Below, piece after piece: positions 29,312-42,001 of a stretch of 64,000 bases of DNA; position 1 is the first letter of the stretch, and every line of letters begins with the position of its first letter. The notes below the pieces were generated by a model that had not been told where the DNA came from, did no database searches, and saw nothing but the letters and a program-made list of their open reading frames with translations. A program made the translations under genes and the position numbers. The DNA is from an uncultured delta proteobacterium (GTDB taxonomy: Bacteria; Desulfobacterota; Binatia; UBA9968), in NCBI GenBank assembly GCA_963745035.1, contig CAVUVW010000015.1, forward strand, positions 288,001 through 352,000, in the 5' to 3' direction.

Positions 29312-31948
29312 ATGACTACGGGAAACCAAATTCGCAAGTCTTTTTTGGATTTTTTCGCCAGGCAGGGCCATACCGCGGTGCGCAGCTCATCGCTCGTGCC
29401 CGACAAGGACCCGACTCTGCTATTCACCAACGCCGGCATGGTCCAGTTCAAAAATGTTTTTTTGGGCCAGGAGCGGCTTCCCTACGTGCGTGCCACGAGC
29501 GCGCAAAAATGCCTGCGCATCAGCGGCAAGCACAACGACCTCGAGGCCGTCGGGCGCGACACCTATCACCACACGTTTTTTGAAATGCTCGGCAACTGGT
29601 CGTTCGGCGACTACTACAAAGCCGAGGCGATCGAATGGGCTTGGCAACTGTTGACCAAGGAATGGGGGCTGCCCAAGGACAAACTTTACGCCACGATCTA
29701 TGTCGACGACGATGACGCCGAGAAACTCTGGTACAAGATCAGCGGGCTGCCGCCCGAGCGGGTGAGTCGCTTTGGCGAGAAGGAAAATTTTTGGGAGATG
29801 GGCGAAACCGGCCCCTGCGGCCCGTGCAGCGAGATCCATCTCGACCGCGGTCCGGCCGCTTGCGACAAACAGGGCGTCACCGGCCACGTGTGCCGGGTCA
29901 ACGGCGACTGCGCGCGCTACATCGAGCTGTGGAATCTGGTGTTCATTCAGTACAACCGCGAAGAAGACCGAAGTCTTGAAGAGCTGCCGTCCAAACACGT
30001 CGATACCGGCATGGGCATGGAGCGCATCACCGCAGTCTTGCAAAATGTTTTATCCAATTACGACATCGACTACATGCGCGCGCTCACCGCGACCACGGAA
30101 AAGCTCACGGGCAAGAAATACGGCGCCGATCCGGCGGCGGATATTTCCTTTCGCGTCATCGACGACCACGCCCGCGCGGTGAGCTTTCTGATCGCCGACG
30201 GCGTCATGCCGAGCAACGACGGACGCGGCTATGTGCTGCGCCGCCTGCTGCGGCGCGCCGCCCGTCACGGCCGCTTGATCGGCCTCGAACAGCCTTTCTT
30301 GCACGAAGTCGCCAAAACCGTCTCGGCGGTGATGGGCGATGCTTACCCGGAACTCCGCGCCGAAGAGCAGCGCATCCGCGAAGTCATTCGCAGCGAAGAA
30401 GAACGCTTCGGCGAGACCCTGGAAAAAGGATTGGCTCTTCTCGAAGAAGCGACGGCGAAACTCAAGAAAGAAAAGAACCAAGTGCTGTCGGGCGATGTGG
30501 CGTTCCGGCTCTACGACACCTTCGGATTTCCCCTCGATCTCACGGAAGACATCTTGCGCGGTGAATCCATGTCCGTGGACCAAGCGGGCTTTGAAGAGCT
30601 CATGCAGGCGCAGCGCACGCGGGGACGTGAAGCGCGCGAGACGGCCAGCATGGAATCGAAGATTCAGCTGGACCGAGAAGTCCGTTTTATCGGCTACGAT
30701 CGGCTCGAAGGGGAGTCATCCGTTTTGGCCATTTACGCCAACGGCGCGGGCCGAAACGAAGCCGTGGAAGGCGATGAGATCGAGCTGCTCACGGCCGAGA
30801 CGCCTTTTTACGGCGAATCAGGCGGGCAGATCGGCGATCGCGGCACGATCACGACCGCGCGTGGAGATGTGATTGAAGTCATCGACACGCATCATCCTAC
30901 GCCGCAACTTACCGCCCATCGCTCGCGAGTCAAAAAAGGCCGCGTCCAAGTCGGCGACAAAGTTCAATTGGCCGTCGATCCGAAACATCGCCAGAAAACC
31001 AAGCTCAATCACTCCGCCACCCATATTCTCCATTCCGTCTTGCGCCGGGAGTTGGGTCAACATGTCCGTCAGGCCGGCTCGTTGGTCACACCCGAGCGAC
31101 TGCGCTTCGACTTCAACCACGGCGGCGCGATCGCGGATGAACAACTCGCACTCATTGAAACACACGTCAACCAGCACATTCGCGAGGATGCGGACGTCTC
31201 GATTCAGGAAGTGAGCTACGACGAGGCGATCCGCCACGGCGCCCTCGCCTTTTTCGGCGACAAGTACGGCGATCGAGTGCGCGTCGTCAAAATAGGCGAC
31301 ATTTCCACCGAGCTTTGCGGCGGCACCCATGTACGCGCTTCCGGGGAGATCGGCATATTCAAGCTCCACTCCGAAGGCGGCGTGGCCGCCGGGGTGCGGC
31401 GGGTCGAGGCCTTTACCGGCCAGGGCGCGTTGGATTTGATTCACAGCTACGAGCAGCGCCTCAAAGAGATCGGCCAGTTGGTGCGCGGCGGCAGCGACGA
31501 TGCGGTGGATAAAATCAAGAAACTCTTGGAGCGCCAAAAAGAGCTTGAGAAGGAAATCGACAAGCTGCGCGGCCAATTTGAAAAGGACCAGATCCCCGAG
31601 CTGCTGGCGAGGCAAAGGTCCGTCAACGGCACCAAGTTTCTCGTCAGCCAAGTCGACGGCGTCGACGCCAAACAGCTCCGCGATCTCGCCGACCAGCTCA
31701 AAGAGAAACTCGGCGCCGCGGTCATCGTCCTGGCGAGCGCCGGCCAAACGAACGTCAACCTGGTCGCCTCGGTCGGCGGAGAGCTCACTAAGCAATATCA
31801 TGCGGGAAACATCATCAAGGAGCTTGCCGGCATGGTCGGCGGGGGAGGGGGAGGCAGGCCGGATTTTGCTCAGGCCGGCGGCAAGGACCCGACCAAGATC
31901 GACGCGGCGCTCAAGCGCGCAGAAGAGCTGGTTCGCCGCGGAAAATGA
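29312..31948 (+). CDS. alaS: Alanine--tRNA ligase
   Basis: DPTLLFTNAGM, HHTFFEMLGN, DTGMGMER, NHSATH, ELCGGTH and GGGGGRPDFAQAGG. Confidence 0.99.
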   Translation: MTTGNQIRKSFLDFFARQGHTAVRSSSLVPDKDPTLLFTNAGMVQFKNVFLGQERLPYVRATSAQKCLRISGKHNDLEAVGRDTYHHTFFEMLGNWSFGDYYKAEAIEWAWQLLTKEWGLPKDKLYATIYVDDDDAEKLWYKISGLPPERVSRFGEKENFWEMGETGPCGPCSEIHLDRGPAACDKQGVTGHVCRVNGDCARYIELWNLVFIQYNREEDRSLEELPSKHVDTGMGMERITAVLQNVLSNYDIDYMRALTATTEKLTGKKYGADPAADISFRVIDDHARAVSFLIADGVMPSNDGRGYVLRRLLRRAARHGRLIGLEQPFLHEVAKTVSAVMGDAYPELRAEEQRIREVIRSEEERFGETLEKGLALLEEATAKLKKEKNQVLSGDVAFRLYDTFGFPLDLTEDILRGESMSVDQAGFEELMQAQRTRGREARETASMESKIQLDREVRFIGYDRLEGESSVLAIYANGAGRNEAVEGDEIELLTAETPFYGESGGQIGDRGTITTARGDVIEVIDTHHPTPQLTAHRSRVKKGRVQVGDKVQLAVDPKHRQKTKLNHSATHILHSVLRRELGQHVRQAGSLVTPERLRFDFNHGGAIADEQLALIETHVNQHIREDADVSIQEVSYDEAIRHGALAFFGDKYGDRVRVVKIGDISTELCGGTHVRASGEIGIFKLHSEGGVAAGVRRVEAFTGQGALDLIHSYEQRLKEIGQLVRGGSDDAVDKIKKLLERQKELEKEIDKLRGQFEKDQIPELLARQRSVNGTKFLVSQVDGVDAKQLRDLADQLKEKLGAAVIVLASAGQTNVNLVASVGGELTKQYHAGNIIKELAGMVGGGGGGRPDFAQAGGKDPTKIDAALKRAEELVRRGK

Positions 31949-32013
31949 CTCCGATCGCCTGTCGCAAAAGCCGCGCACAAAACGGACGTCGGAATCCGGG
32001 GTATTAAACTAGC

Positions 32014-32442
32014 GTGCTCAAGATTCGCGCTTACAAACTCTCCGAAAAGACCGCCGGCTTCTGCGATATCATCGACATCACTGCCAAAGTTCGCCAGCAC
32101 CTGGAAAAAGAATCGATTCAGAACGGCCTCGCCACATTATTCGTTTCCGGCTCCACCGCCGCGCTTACGACCATCGAGCATGAGCCGGGTCTGATCCAGG
32201 ATCTAAAGGAGTTCGTCGAAAAAATCATTCCCTCCGATCGCCGTTACCACCACGACGACCGCTGGGGCGACGACAACGGTTTTTCTCATGTGCGCGCTTC
32301 CCTCTTCGGGCCGTCCCTGGCCATTCCGATCGAGCACGGCCAACTCTGTCTCGGCACTTGGCAACAGATCGTCCTGCTCGATTTTGACAATCGTGCGCGC
32401 ACGCGGGAGATCACCGTCCAACTCATGGGAGAAAGCGAGTGA
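32014..32442 (+). CDS. YjbQ/UPF0047 family protein
   Basis: GSTAALTTIE, NGFSHVRASLFG and LGTWQQI..DFD. Confidence 0.9.
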   Translation: MLKIRAYKLSEKTAGFCDIIDITAKVRQHLEKESIQNGLATLFVSGSTAALTTIEHEPGLIQDLKEFVEKIIPSDRRYHHDDRWGDDNGFSHVRASLFGPSLAIPIEHGQLCLGTWQQIVLLDFDNRARTREITVQLMGESE

Positions 32443-33461
32443 AAGACGAAAAGAAGCAAAGCGCCGGGATCGTGACCGAAGTCGGCGTCAACTTTCTCGA
32501 ATTTCACGATCCCCGTTTGTTCCGCGATCTGCTGGGACAACACGACCAGCACGTCAAGATTCTCCAGCACACGCTGCAGGTAAAAATTCGCGTGCGTGGC
32601 GCGGGGCTGGAAGTCGAAGGCGATCCGCTGCAAGTGGAGCTCGCCAGCCAGATTCTGCGCCAGCTCTACGGCCTTTTGGAAAAGGGCTATCCGGTCTACG
32701 CGAGCGACGTCGACTACGCCGTGCGCATCCTGAGCGGCGACTCGCGCGCCCGTTTGCAGGATATTTTTCTCGACACGATCTATATCTCGGCGCACAAGCG
32801 CACGATCACGCCGAAGAGCATCGCGCAAAAGGCGTACATCGACGCGATTCGCCGCTATGACATCGTCTTCGGCATCGGCCCGGCGGGCACCGGCAAGACG
32901 TATTTGGCCATGGCGATGGCCGTCGCCGAATTGATGAAAAATAATTACGTGCGCATCATCCTCACGCGGCCGGCGGTGGAAGCCGGTGAAAAGCTCGGCT
33001 TTTTACCGGGCGACCTCGCCGAGAAGGTCAACCCGTATCTGCGCCCGCTGTACGACGCGCTCCACGACATGGTCGACTTCGATCGCGCCCGCAAGATGGT
33101 CGAGCGCGGCACCATCGAGGTCGCGCCGCTGGCGTTCATGCGCGGCAGAACGTTAAACGATTCTTTCGTGATTCTCGACGAGGCGCAGAACACCACGCCC
33201 GAGCAGATGAAGATGTTTTTGACCCGCCTAGGCTACGGCTCGAAGGCCGTGATCACCGGCGACGCGACGCAGATCGATTTGCCGGCGGGAAAGCCGTCCG
33301 GGTTGAAAGAAGCGTCGCGCATCCTGAAGGGCGTGCACGGCATTCGTTTCGTCACCTTCACGGAAAAGGACGTTGCGCGCCACCACCTCGTGCAGGAGAT
33401 CATCGCCGCCTATGAGCGCGACGACAATCAGTCGGCGGCCCGCGAACCGTCGGAGAACTGA
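32439..33461 (+). CDS. phoH: PhoH family ATPase (YbeZ-like)
   Basis: GPAGTGKTYLA, RPAVEAGEKLGFLPG, FMRGRTL, DEAQN and TGD..QIDL. Confidence 0.95.
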   Translation: MKDEKKQSAGIVTEVGVNFLEFHDPRLFRDLLGQHDQHVKILQHTLQVKIRVRGAGLEVEGDPLQVELASQILRQLYGLLEKGYPVYASDVDYAVRILSGDSRARLQDIFLDTIYISAHKRTITPKSIAQKAYIDAIRRYDIVFGIGPAGTGKTYLAMAMAVAELMKNNYVRIILTRPAVEAGEKLGFLPGDLAEKVNPYLRPLYDALHDMVDFDRARKMVERGTIEVAPLAFMRGRTLNDSFVILDEAQNTTPEQMKMFLTRLGYGSKAVITGDATQIDLPAGKPSGLKEASRILKGVHGIRFVTFTEKDVARHHLVQEIIAAYERDDNQSAAREPSEN

Positions 33462-33485
33462 GCGCAACACCGCATCGGCGAGCCG

Positions 33486-34623
33486 TTACTGGATCGCCTC
33501 GAGCGCAACCTTCGCCTGGACGGTCTTGCCGTCGCGCAGCAGCGCAACCGTCACGACATCACCGATCTTATATTTCTCCAGCAGCAAGTATAGATCATTG
33601 GGAGTGGCGACCTTCTTGCCGTCGACGGCGCTGATGATATCGCCCAGACGCAAGCGGCCTTCGGCGTCGCGCCGGGTCGGCTGAATGCCGGCCTTGGCGG
33701 CCGCGCTGCCGCGCGCGACGTCGACCACCAGCACGCCGCTCACGCCGAGCCGCTGGGCGATCTGCTCGTCGGCGATCTGGATGCCCAGACCGGGGCGAAT
33801 GATCTTGCCGTTGCGGATCAGCTCGGGAGCGATGCGATTGACTGTGTCCACCGGGATGGCAAAGCCGATTCCCGCCGATGCTCCCGATGGGCTGTAGATC
33901 GCGGTGTTGACGCCGATCAAGCGGCCCGCGCTGTCGAGCAGCGGCCCGCCTGAGTTTCCCGGGTTGATCGCGGCGTCGGACTGAATCACGCCTTGGATCG
34001 GGCGGCGCGTTATCGACTCGATCTCGCGATTGAGCGCGCTGATTACCCCTGTCGTCAAAGTCTGGTCGAGTCCGAACGGGTTGCCGATTGCAAAGACGCT
34101 CTGGCCTACTTGCAAGTCTTTCGACGTCCCGATGGGAATGGGGTGTAGCCGATTTGCCGGCGCGTCGATGCGCAGCACGGCGAGGTCCTTGTCCGGCGCG
34201 ACGCCGACGACGCGCGCTTTCCAGTTCGATTGATCGGCGAGGGTGACCTGAGCGGCGTCGGCATTTTGAATGACGTGGAAATTGGTGATGACGTTGCCGC
34301 TGTTGTCCCAAACAAAACCCGAGCCCGTGCCTTGGGGAATCTGGTAGAGGTTCAAGGTAAAAAAATCACGCTGCACGCCGATGGCCGTGATGTTCACCAC
34401 CGCCGGCGATGCTTGGCGGAATAGCGCAATGATCGATTTTTCACCGCTCGAGAGATCGCCCCGCGCTGTCACGGCGCGTGGCGCGGCGCGGGGATCGTTC
34501 AACGACGCGCCGCCGACCCAGGCGTCGCGTAACAATACTACGCCCAGCGCGGCGAACGCGACAACCACCGTCACGGTTGTCCAGACGGATCTGCGGCCAG
34601 GGATGAAGATTCTTATTCAGCAT
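33486..34623 (-). CDS. HtrA/DegP-like trypsin serine protease with one PDZ domain; N-terminus uncertain
   Basis: GTGSGF, TNFHV, DLAVL and DAAINPGNSGGPL; PDZ motif GLGI. Confidence 0.92.
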
Positions 34624-34895
34624 CCGTTCGTCGTTCCGCGATCTATGGTCGCGAGCGGTCGCTTGATTGGCAGCTATTCATAACATATCTCCTCGGAGAA
34701 ATCCCAAACTCGCGCAACGCGACGAGTGATTTCGTTTTTTGAAGGCTCTCAACTGAGTTTATGCCGGAGCAGGCGAAGAGCTGGACTACGAATCTCGGAA
34801 GAATCATTTTCGAACTCGAGACACTGCGAGTTGAATGAGTCACTAATGCTGCGCGGCGGCGAGTTATCGCGCAGCACTCGGCAGCTTTGCAGGCC

Positions 34896-34925
34896 AAAAA
34901 AAAGGCGCCGGATTTCTCCGGCGCC
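34896..34925 (-). terminator. Rho-independent terminator of groESL
   Basis: Minus strand reads GGCGCCGGA-GAAA-TCCGGCGCC followed by T8. Confidence 0.9.
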
Positions 34926-34948
34926 CTTTGTTTATGTTTGTTGTCCCT

Positions 34949-36587
<1,639 letters not shown>

Positions 36588-36878
36588 TTATTCAACAACT
36601 CCGAGGATGTCATCTTCGCGCATGATCAGATGCTCCTCGCCGTCCAATTTGATTTCCGTGCCGGAGTATTTTCCAAAGAGAATTTTGTCACCCGTTTTTA
36701 CTCCCAAAGGTATCAGTTTGCCATCCTCATATTTACCCGGACCCGCCGCGACCACTTTCCCTTCCTGGGGCTTCTCCTTCGCGGTGTCCGGGATGATGAT
36801 GCCTCCCTTGGTCTTCTCCTCTTCTGCAATACGTTTCACAATCACCCTATCGTGTAGGGGACGAATCTTAGTCGCCAT
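36588..36878 (-). CDS. groES: Co-chaperonin GroES
   Basis: [23 protein letters not shown] and KYSGTEIK. Confidence 0.99.
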   Translation of the reverse strand: MATKIRPLHDRVIVKRIAEEEKTKGGIIIPDTAKEKPQEGKVVAAGPGKYEDGKLIPLGVKTGDKILFGKYSGTEIKLDGEEHLIMREDDILGVVE

Positions 36879-37007
36879 AACACCCTCCTAAAATAAAACA
36901 AAGATTTAGAATCCTGCTAGAACAGGTTGGATGCGGCAAATTTAATCTCAGATCCCTGATCGTCAAGGGGGATCTTGAAAAAATTTATTCTTTTCCAAGT
37001 AGACGCC

Positions 37008-37373
37008 CTAAGGCTTATACGGCGGCACGGCCAATGTGCGGATATAGATAACGATGTCGCGCACCTGTTTTTCATTCAACGAGGTTCCCCACGCGGGCAT
37101 AAAGGGGGATTTCCCTGTTCCACCGCCGCCCTTTGAAATCACGTCCACCAGGGCTTGGTCGGTCATTGAATTCATCACCGCACCGTTTGTATGGTCCTTC
37201 GGCTTGACCGGCAGCGAACTAGCCGCCACCCCATCACCTTTGCCCTTCTCGCCGTGGCAACTGGCACAATAACTGGCATAGAGTTTTCGTCCTTCTGTTT
37301 GGTCTTGCGCCGTCGCCAATAACGGCAAAGCAACTACCGACATCAACCCGATTGAGAAAATGATACGTTTCAT
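37008..37373 (-). CDS. Periplasmic monoheme c-type cytochrome
   Basis: Signal peptide; CASCH; distal Met in MPAWG. Confidence 0.92.
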   Translation of the reverse strand: MKRIIFSIGLMSVVALPLLATAQDQTEGRKLYASYCASCHGEKGKGDGVAASSLPVKPKDHTNGAVMNSMTDQALVDVISKGGGGTGKSPFMPAWGTSLNEKQVRDIVIYIRTLAVPPYKP

Positions 37374-37524
37374 TGAACCAGCCTTCCACCTTTGATGCTG
37401 CGCCGTTCCCTATCAGAAATCGTACGAAACTGACAGAGGCGTGAAACATTGGTCCGCAGACCTAGGCATTCACCGGAAAGGGTGATAAACAGCGGGTGAA
37501 AAACTGTCAGCGGAGGCTACGACC

Positions 37525-38145
37525 ATGATCAAGATCTGGGGCAGAACCGATTCTTCCAACGTACAAAAAGTGCTTTGGTGTCTGGGCGAGCTGGGGTTGG
37601 AGTTCGACCGGCTGGACTGGGGCGGAAAATTCGGCGGCAATGACGATAAGACTTATCGCGAGATGAATCCCAACGGCCTGGTCCCGACCATGAAGGACGG
37701 TGACTTTATCCTTTGGGAGTCCAATAGCGTGATGCGCTATCTGAACGCCAAATACGGCGCCGGGAAGCTCTTGCCCGCCACTCCCGAAGGCATCGGCGAT
37801 GCCAATCGCTGGATGGACTGGCAGCTTTCGACCTTCAATGCGGCGATCGTGCCGCTATTCTGGAACTTGATCCGCACTCCGGCGGACAAGCGCGATCCCA
37901 AAGCGGTTGAAGCCGCGCTGGAAAAAACCGCCAAGGCCTGGCGGACGGTGGAAAATCACTTGGTGAAAAACCGCTACCTCGGCGGCGCCGAGTTCTCCCT
38001 GGGCGATATCCCCCTCGGGGTGTGGGCCTATCGATGGTTCAATCTGCCGATCGACCGGCCCGATTTTCCCCACGTCAGCGGCTGGTACGAACGACTCAAG
38101 GAACGTAAGCCCTACCAAACGCATATTATGCTCCCGCTCAGCTAG
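37525..38145 (+). CDS. Glutathione S-transferase (GstB/YliJ-like)
   Basis: WGR..SSNVQKVLW, NPNGLVP, LWESN and FSLGDI. Confidence 0.92.
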   Translation: MIKIWGRTDSSNVQKVLWCLGELGLEFDRLDWGGKFGGNDDKTYREMNPNGLVPTMKDGDFILWESNSVMRYLNAKYGAGKLLPATPEGIGDANRWMDWQLSTFNAAIVPLFWNLIRTPADKRDPKAVEAALEKTAKAWRTVENHLVKNRYLGGAEFSLGDIPLGVWAYRWFNLPIDRPDFPHVSGWYERLKERKPYQTHIMLPLS

Positions 38146-38334
38146 CGGTCGGCGTGGCGGATGGCCGGCAGGCCGCTACGCCTCGTTTCAGATCAGCGGA
38201 ATAGTCCCAGATTCTAGGGTAGCACTCGGCGCGGTTCCGCGAGGCGCGATCCTGGAGTCGTGAAGACACTCAAAGGGCGCGGCCGCAAAGTCCTCTCGCA
38301 CCTGGCAAGCCTTCTCCGCAGAAGCAGTGCTGTT

Positions 38335-39753
38335 TCATATATCGCCGGCGGCGGGGAGCGTGATTTCCACCTTCGTGCCGAAGCGCGCGCCTTTGCCGAT
38401 CGCGATCGAGCCGCCGTTGACCTCGATGAATTTTTTCGCCAACGGCAAGCCAATGCCCGTGCCATGCGGTTTCGTGGTGAAAAACGGCTCGAAGACACGG
38501 GGAAGATTCTCTGCGGGAATACCCTCGCCGCTGTCTTCGACGAAAATATGAATCGCCTTCGCGCCGGCATCGGGCGGTGAAGAGCGCGTCCGAACGGCGA
38601 CCGCGCCGCCGTGCCCGGTCGCCTCCACCGCATTGGTCAACAGCCCCATCAACGCCTGCTCCAAATGACCGAGATCGGCCGTGACGTTCGGAAGATCGGG
38701 CGCGAGATCGAGCTGCGGCTGGATTTCAGTTTCGGCAAAACGCGAGCGCATGGTCGCCACCGCGTCGCGCACCAGGCTATTGACGTCCACGGAACCCAAC
38801 CGCGGCTCGAGCGGCTTGGCAAAATTCAGCAGACCTTGCATCCTTTTTTGTACCCGGTCTACTTCGCGCACGATGTTTTGGAGATTCCCGGCAATCTCAT
38901 GAGTCGTCGCGCCGTCACCTCCATGACCGGCTTGCAGCAATGCCACCTGAGCGGCCGCGCGAATCGACGACAGCGGATTGCCGATGCCGTGGGCGACCGC
39001 GCCGGCCGTTTCACCCATCGCCGCCATCCGCTGCGAAGCGATCAGCTCGGATTGCATCTTGAGCAGGTTCGCTTGCTGTTCATCGATCTGGCGCGCGGCC
39101 TGGCGCACCATGGCGAACAAGGAAATGTAGATGAGCAAGCCGCCGGCAACCGCGGTGAGCAAGACCACGAGGCGCGCTTCGCCCACGTGCCGCAGCACCG
39201 CATCGGCCCGCCGGTAGGTCTGGAACACGCCTAAAAGCTGCCGGTCTTTCTCCGCATAGACCGGCACATAGACTTCGACAATCTTACCCGGCGAGCCGGG
39301 AGCCGAAACGCTTTTTCCTGCCGTCAAAGAGCTCAGATTGGCGATCACCTCGCCTCGAAGCGCCCTTTGCAGCTGGACATCGTCGCCGAACGATTTGCCG
39401 ACAAGCTGTTTGTCGTCCGACCAGATGACGACCGCGTTCGGATTGTAGACCTTAAAGCGCACGATCGCCGGCGAAAGCCGCATGTGCTCGAGCAGCGCGG
39501 TGAACTTGTGGCCGACAGACTTGCGGTCTTTAGCTTGAAAATCGTAAGCCTCGAGAAATTTCCGCACGTCGGCCTGCACCAACTGCGCGGTCGTTTCCCA
39601 CTCGCGCTCGAGGATTTGCTTGACCAGATAGTTGGAAACGATCAGCCACAAGACCGCCGTCATCAGTCCGATGCAAACAAAGCTATAGACGGCGAAGCGC
39701 GTGGTAAGGCTGCCGGCAAGAAACGATCTAAGCCAGGCGTAACCGTTGATCAT
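38335..39753 (-). CDS. Membrane sensor histidine kinase (orphan in this window)
   Basis: Two TM helices flanking a periplasmic domain; H-box AHGIGNPL; NAVEA, DSGEGI and FEPFFTTK..GTGIGL. Confidence 0.9.
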   Translation of the reverse strand: MINGYAWLRSFLAGSLTTRFAVYSFVCIGLMTAVLWLIVSNYLVKQILEREWETTAQLVQADVRKFLEAYDFQAKDRKSVGHKFTALLEHMRLSPAIVRFKVYNPNAVVIWSDDKQLVGKSFGDDVQLQRALRGEVIANLSSLTAGKSVSAPGSPGKIVEVYVPVYAEKDRQLLGVFQTYRRADAVLRHVGEARLVVLLTAVAGGLLIYISLFAMVRQAARQIDEQQANLLKMQSELIASQRMAAMGETAGAVAHGIGNPLSSIRAAAQVALLQAGHGGDGATTHEIAGNLQNIVREVDRVQKRMQGLLNFAKPLEPRLGSVDVNSLVRDAVATMRSRFAETEIQPQLDLAPDLPNVTADLGHLEQALMGLLTNAVEATGHGGAVAVRTRSSPPDAGAKAIHIFVEDSGEGIPAENLPRVFEPFFTTKPHGTGIGLPLAKKFIEVNGGSIAIGKGARFGTKVEITLPAAGDI

Positions 39754-39873
39754 GGGACGCGGCAATTTACCGGAGCTGTTCCATCGCGTCGCTTTACCGG
39801 TTAGCAAACAATTTCGCGCAATCGGCGCGCGATCGAGAGAAGCAACGCCGCGCAGCAAACATGAAGAATCCGC

Positions 39874-40899
39874 TTACGGAAGCTTGCCGCCCTCGGCGAG
39901 CCGCATCACCGCGTCGACGATTTGATCGACGTCGGGAATCATCGCGTCGACGAGCGGCGGGCTATGTGGCGGCGGGATCGGCTGCGCGCCGATGCGCACC
40001 ACCGGCCCTTTCAGATCGGCAAACAAATTTTCCTGGATCATGGCCGCCAGCTCCGCCGAGATGCCGCCGAGCATCGGACCCTCGTCGAGCACGATGGCGC
40101 GCTTGGTCTTCGCCACCGAATTGAGTATCGTTTCCTTGTCGAGGGGCGCGAGCGAGCGCAGGTCGACGATCTCGACTGCGATGCCTTTTTCTTTCAATTG
40201 ATCCGCAGCGGCGTCGGCCTTCAAAACCATGCCGCCGCAGGTGACGATCGTGAGATCTTTTCCGGAGCGTCTGACGACAGCCACACCGATCGGCACCGTG
40301 TAATCGCCTTCGGGGACCGGGCCGCGCTGGCCGTAGAGGTGATGGCTTTCGAAGCAGAGCACCGGGTTAGGATCGCGGATGGCTGCGAGCAATAATCCTT
40401 TGGCGTCCGCCGGCGTGGTCGGCATGATGATCTTCAGCCCGGGAAAATGAATGAACGCACCGTGATTGCAGCTCGAATGGCTCGGCCCGCCGCCCGCCCT
40501 GGTGGCGAACTTGTTGCGCACCACCATCGGCACCGACACCCGCCCGCCGGTCATGTAATGGTAGCGTGCGGCGTGGCTGGCGAGCTGATCCATCGCCAAT
40601 GGCAAGAGATCGGAGAATTGGATTTCGACCACCGGGCGCATGCCGTTGATCGCGGCGCCGACGGCGAGACCGACCAGCGCCGACTCGGAGATCGGCGTGT
40701 CCAACACGCGCCGCTCGCCGAACTCCTGCATCAGTCCGCGCGTCACGCCGTATGCGCCGCCGAACAGCGCGACATCTTCGCCCATGACGAAAACGCGCTC
40801 ATCGCGCGCCATCTCGTAGCGGAGCGCCTCGCGCAAGGCTTCCTGGATGCGCATCTCTTTGGTGGGAGCCTGCGATTCCGTCGCTATTGACTTAGCCAT
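39874..40899 (-). CDS. 2-oxoacid/acetoin dehydrogenase E1 beta subunit
   Basis: MGEDV..GG, DTPISE, EIQFSD and VDLRSLAPLD. Confidence 0.92.
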   Translation of the reverse strand: MAKSIATESQAPTKEMRIQEALREALRYEMARDERVFVMGEDVALFGGAYGVTRGLMQEFGERRVLDTPISESALVGLAVGAAINGMRPVVEIQFSDLLPLAMDQLASHAARYHYMTGGRVSVPMVVRNKFATRAGGGPSHSSCNHGAFIHFPGLKIIMPTTPADAKGLLLAAIRDPNPVLCFESHHLYGQRGPVPEGDYTVPIGVAVVRRSGKDLTIVTCGGMVLKADAAADQLKEKGIAVEIVDLRSLAPLDKETILNSVAKTKRAIVLDEGPMLGGISAELAAMIQENLFADLKGPVVRIGAQPIPPPHSPPLVDAMIPDVDQIVDAVMRLAEGGKLP

Positions 40900-41872
40900 G
40901 GGCCGCCTCCGTCGTCGCGTAGATGCTGTTCAAATCGACTTCTTTCTTCGGCAGCGGCGCGGCTTCGGCGCGCTTGGCGACTTCATCGAGCTCGGCGTAG
41001 ACCTGCGCCGACATTTTGTCAAATTCCTGCTCGGTCAACGCGCCCTCGTGAATCAACTTTTCCTTGAGCCGTTTGATCGGGCATTTTTGCTTCCATGATT
41101 CGATCTCTTCCTTACTGCGATAAGCCGTGCCCGGATCGCCGCCGAAATGGCCATCCCATCGATAGGTGATGCATTCCAGAAGCGTCGCCCCGCCGCCGCT
41201 CCGTCCTTTCGCCGCGGCCGCCGCCGTAGCCTCGTACACGGCTTCTACGTCATTGCCGTCGATCGTCTTGCCTTCGAAGCCGTAGGCCGCCCCGCGCGCG
41301 CTTAATTGTTTGATCGCCACGCTCTTTTCCAAGCTCACGGTCATGGCGTACTGATTGTTTTCGCAGACATAGATTACCGGCAGCTTCCATACGCCGGCGA
41401 GATTCATGGCTTCATGGACGACGCCCTGGTTGGCCGCTCCGTCGCCGAAAAAACTCACGACAACTTCGTTGGATCCCCGGACTTTCGCCCCCAGCGCGGC
41501 GCCGGTGGCGGTCGGAACCGTGCCACCGACGGTGCCCGTGTTGCCGAGAAAACCGAAACCCATATCGCCCATGTGCATCTTGCCGCCGCGGCCTTTCGAA
41601 TAGCCGTCAGCGCGCCCCATGCACTCGCACAGCAGCAGATAAAGATCGGCGCCTTTGGCGAGCAGGTGGCCTGTGCCGCGATGGTAGCTGGCAATGAGAT
41701 CTGTAGACTGCAATGCCGAACAGACGCCGACGGCGATCGCCTCCTGACCGCGGTAGGAATGGGTGCTGCCGAACATCGCCTTACGTTGGTAGAGCTCTTC
41801 TAGTTTTTCTTCGAACGCCCGCACCAGAATCATCTGGCGCAGCATGCCTTTTTGCTTCGCCGTATCGAGCAT
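40892..41872 (-). CDS. TPP-dependent 2-oxoacid/acetoin dehydrogenase E1 alpha subunit
   Basis: GQEA, YHRG, GRGGKMH, TPP motif FFGDGA...ENNQY and TYRWDGH..D; AGGAGG RBS. Confidence 0.92.
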   Translation of the reverse strand: MLDTAKQKGMLRQMILVRAFEEKLEELYQRKAMFGSTHSYRGQEAIAVGVCSALQSTDLIASYHRGTGHLLAKGADLYLLLCECMGRADGYSKGRGGKMHMGDMGFGFLGNTGTVGGTVPTATGAALGAKVRGSNEVVVSFFGDGAANQGVVHEAMNLAGVWKLPVIYVCENNQYAMTVSLEKSVAIKQLSARGAAYGFEGKTIDGNDVEAVYEATAAAAAKGRSGGGATLLECITYRWDGHFGGDPGTAYRSKEEIESWKQKCPIKRLKEKLIHEGALTEQEFDKMSAQVYAELDEVAKRAEAAPLPKKEVDLNSIYATTEAAHG

Positions 41873-41961
41873 CGACACCTCCTCGCAGGGACGTGACGGA
41901 ATCTTGGTTCTAGTTATTTCGCGCGCTCCGACTTGTCAAGGCAAGATGCGGCAGATCGAAC

Positions 41962-42001
41962 AATGGAGTGCTGGAGCGTTGGAGTCGTAGAGTGTTGGGT
42001 A
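41962..42001. repeat. Degenerate octamer tandem repeat (NTGGAGYG)n
   Basis: ATGGAGTG CTGGAGCG TTGGAGTC GTAGAGTG TTGGGTAG, downstream of nuoN. Confidence 0.55.

Noticed and set aside
36890-36970. CIRCE operator upstream of groES
   Set aside because: Only a partial CTAGCA-like half-site is present; there is no TTAGCACTC-N9-GAGTGCTAA inverted repeat.
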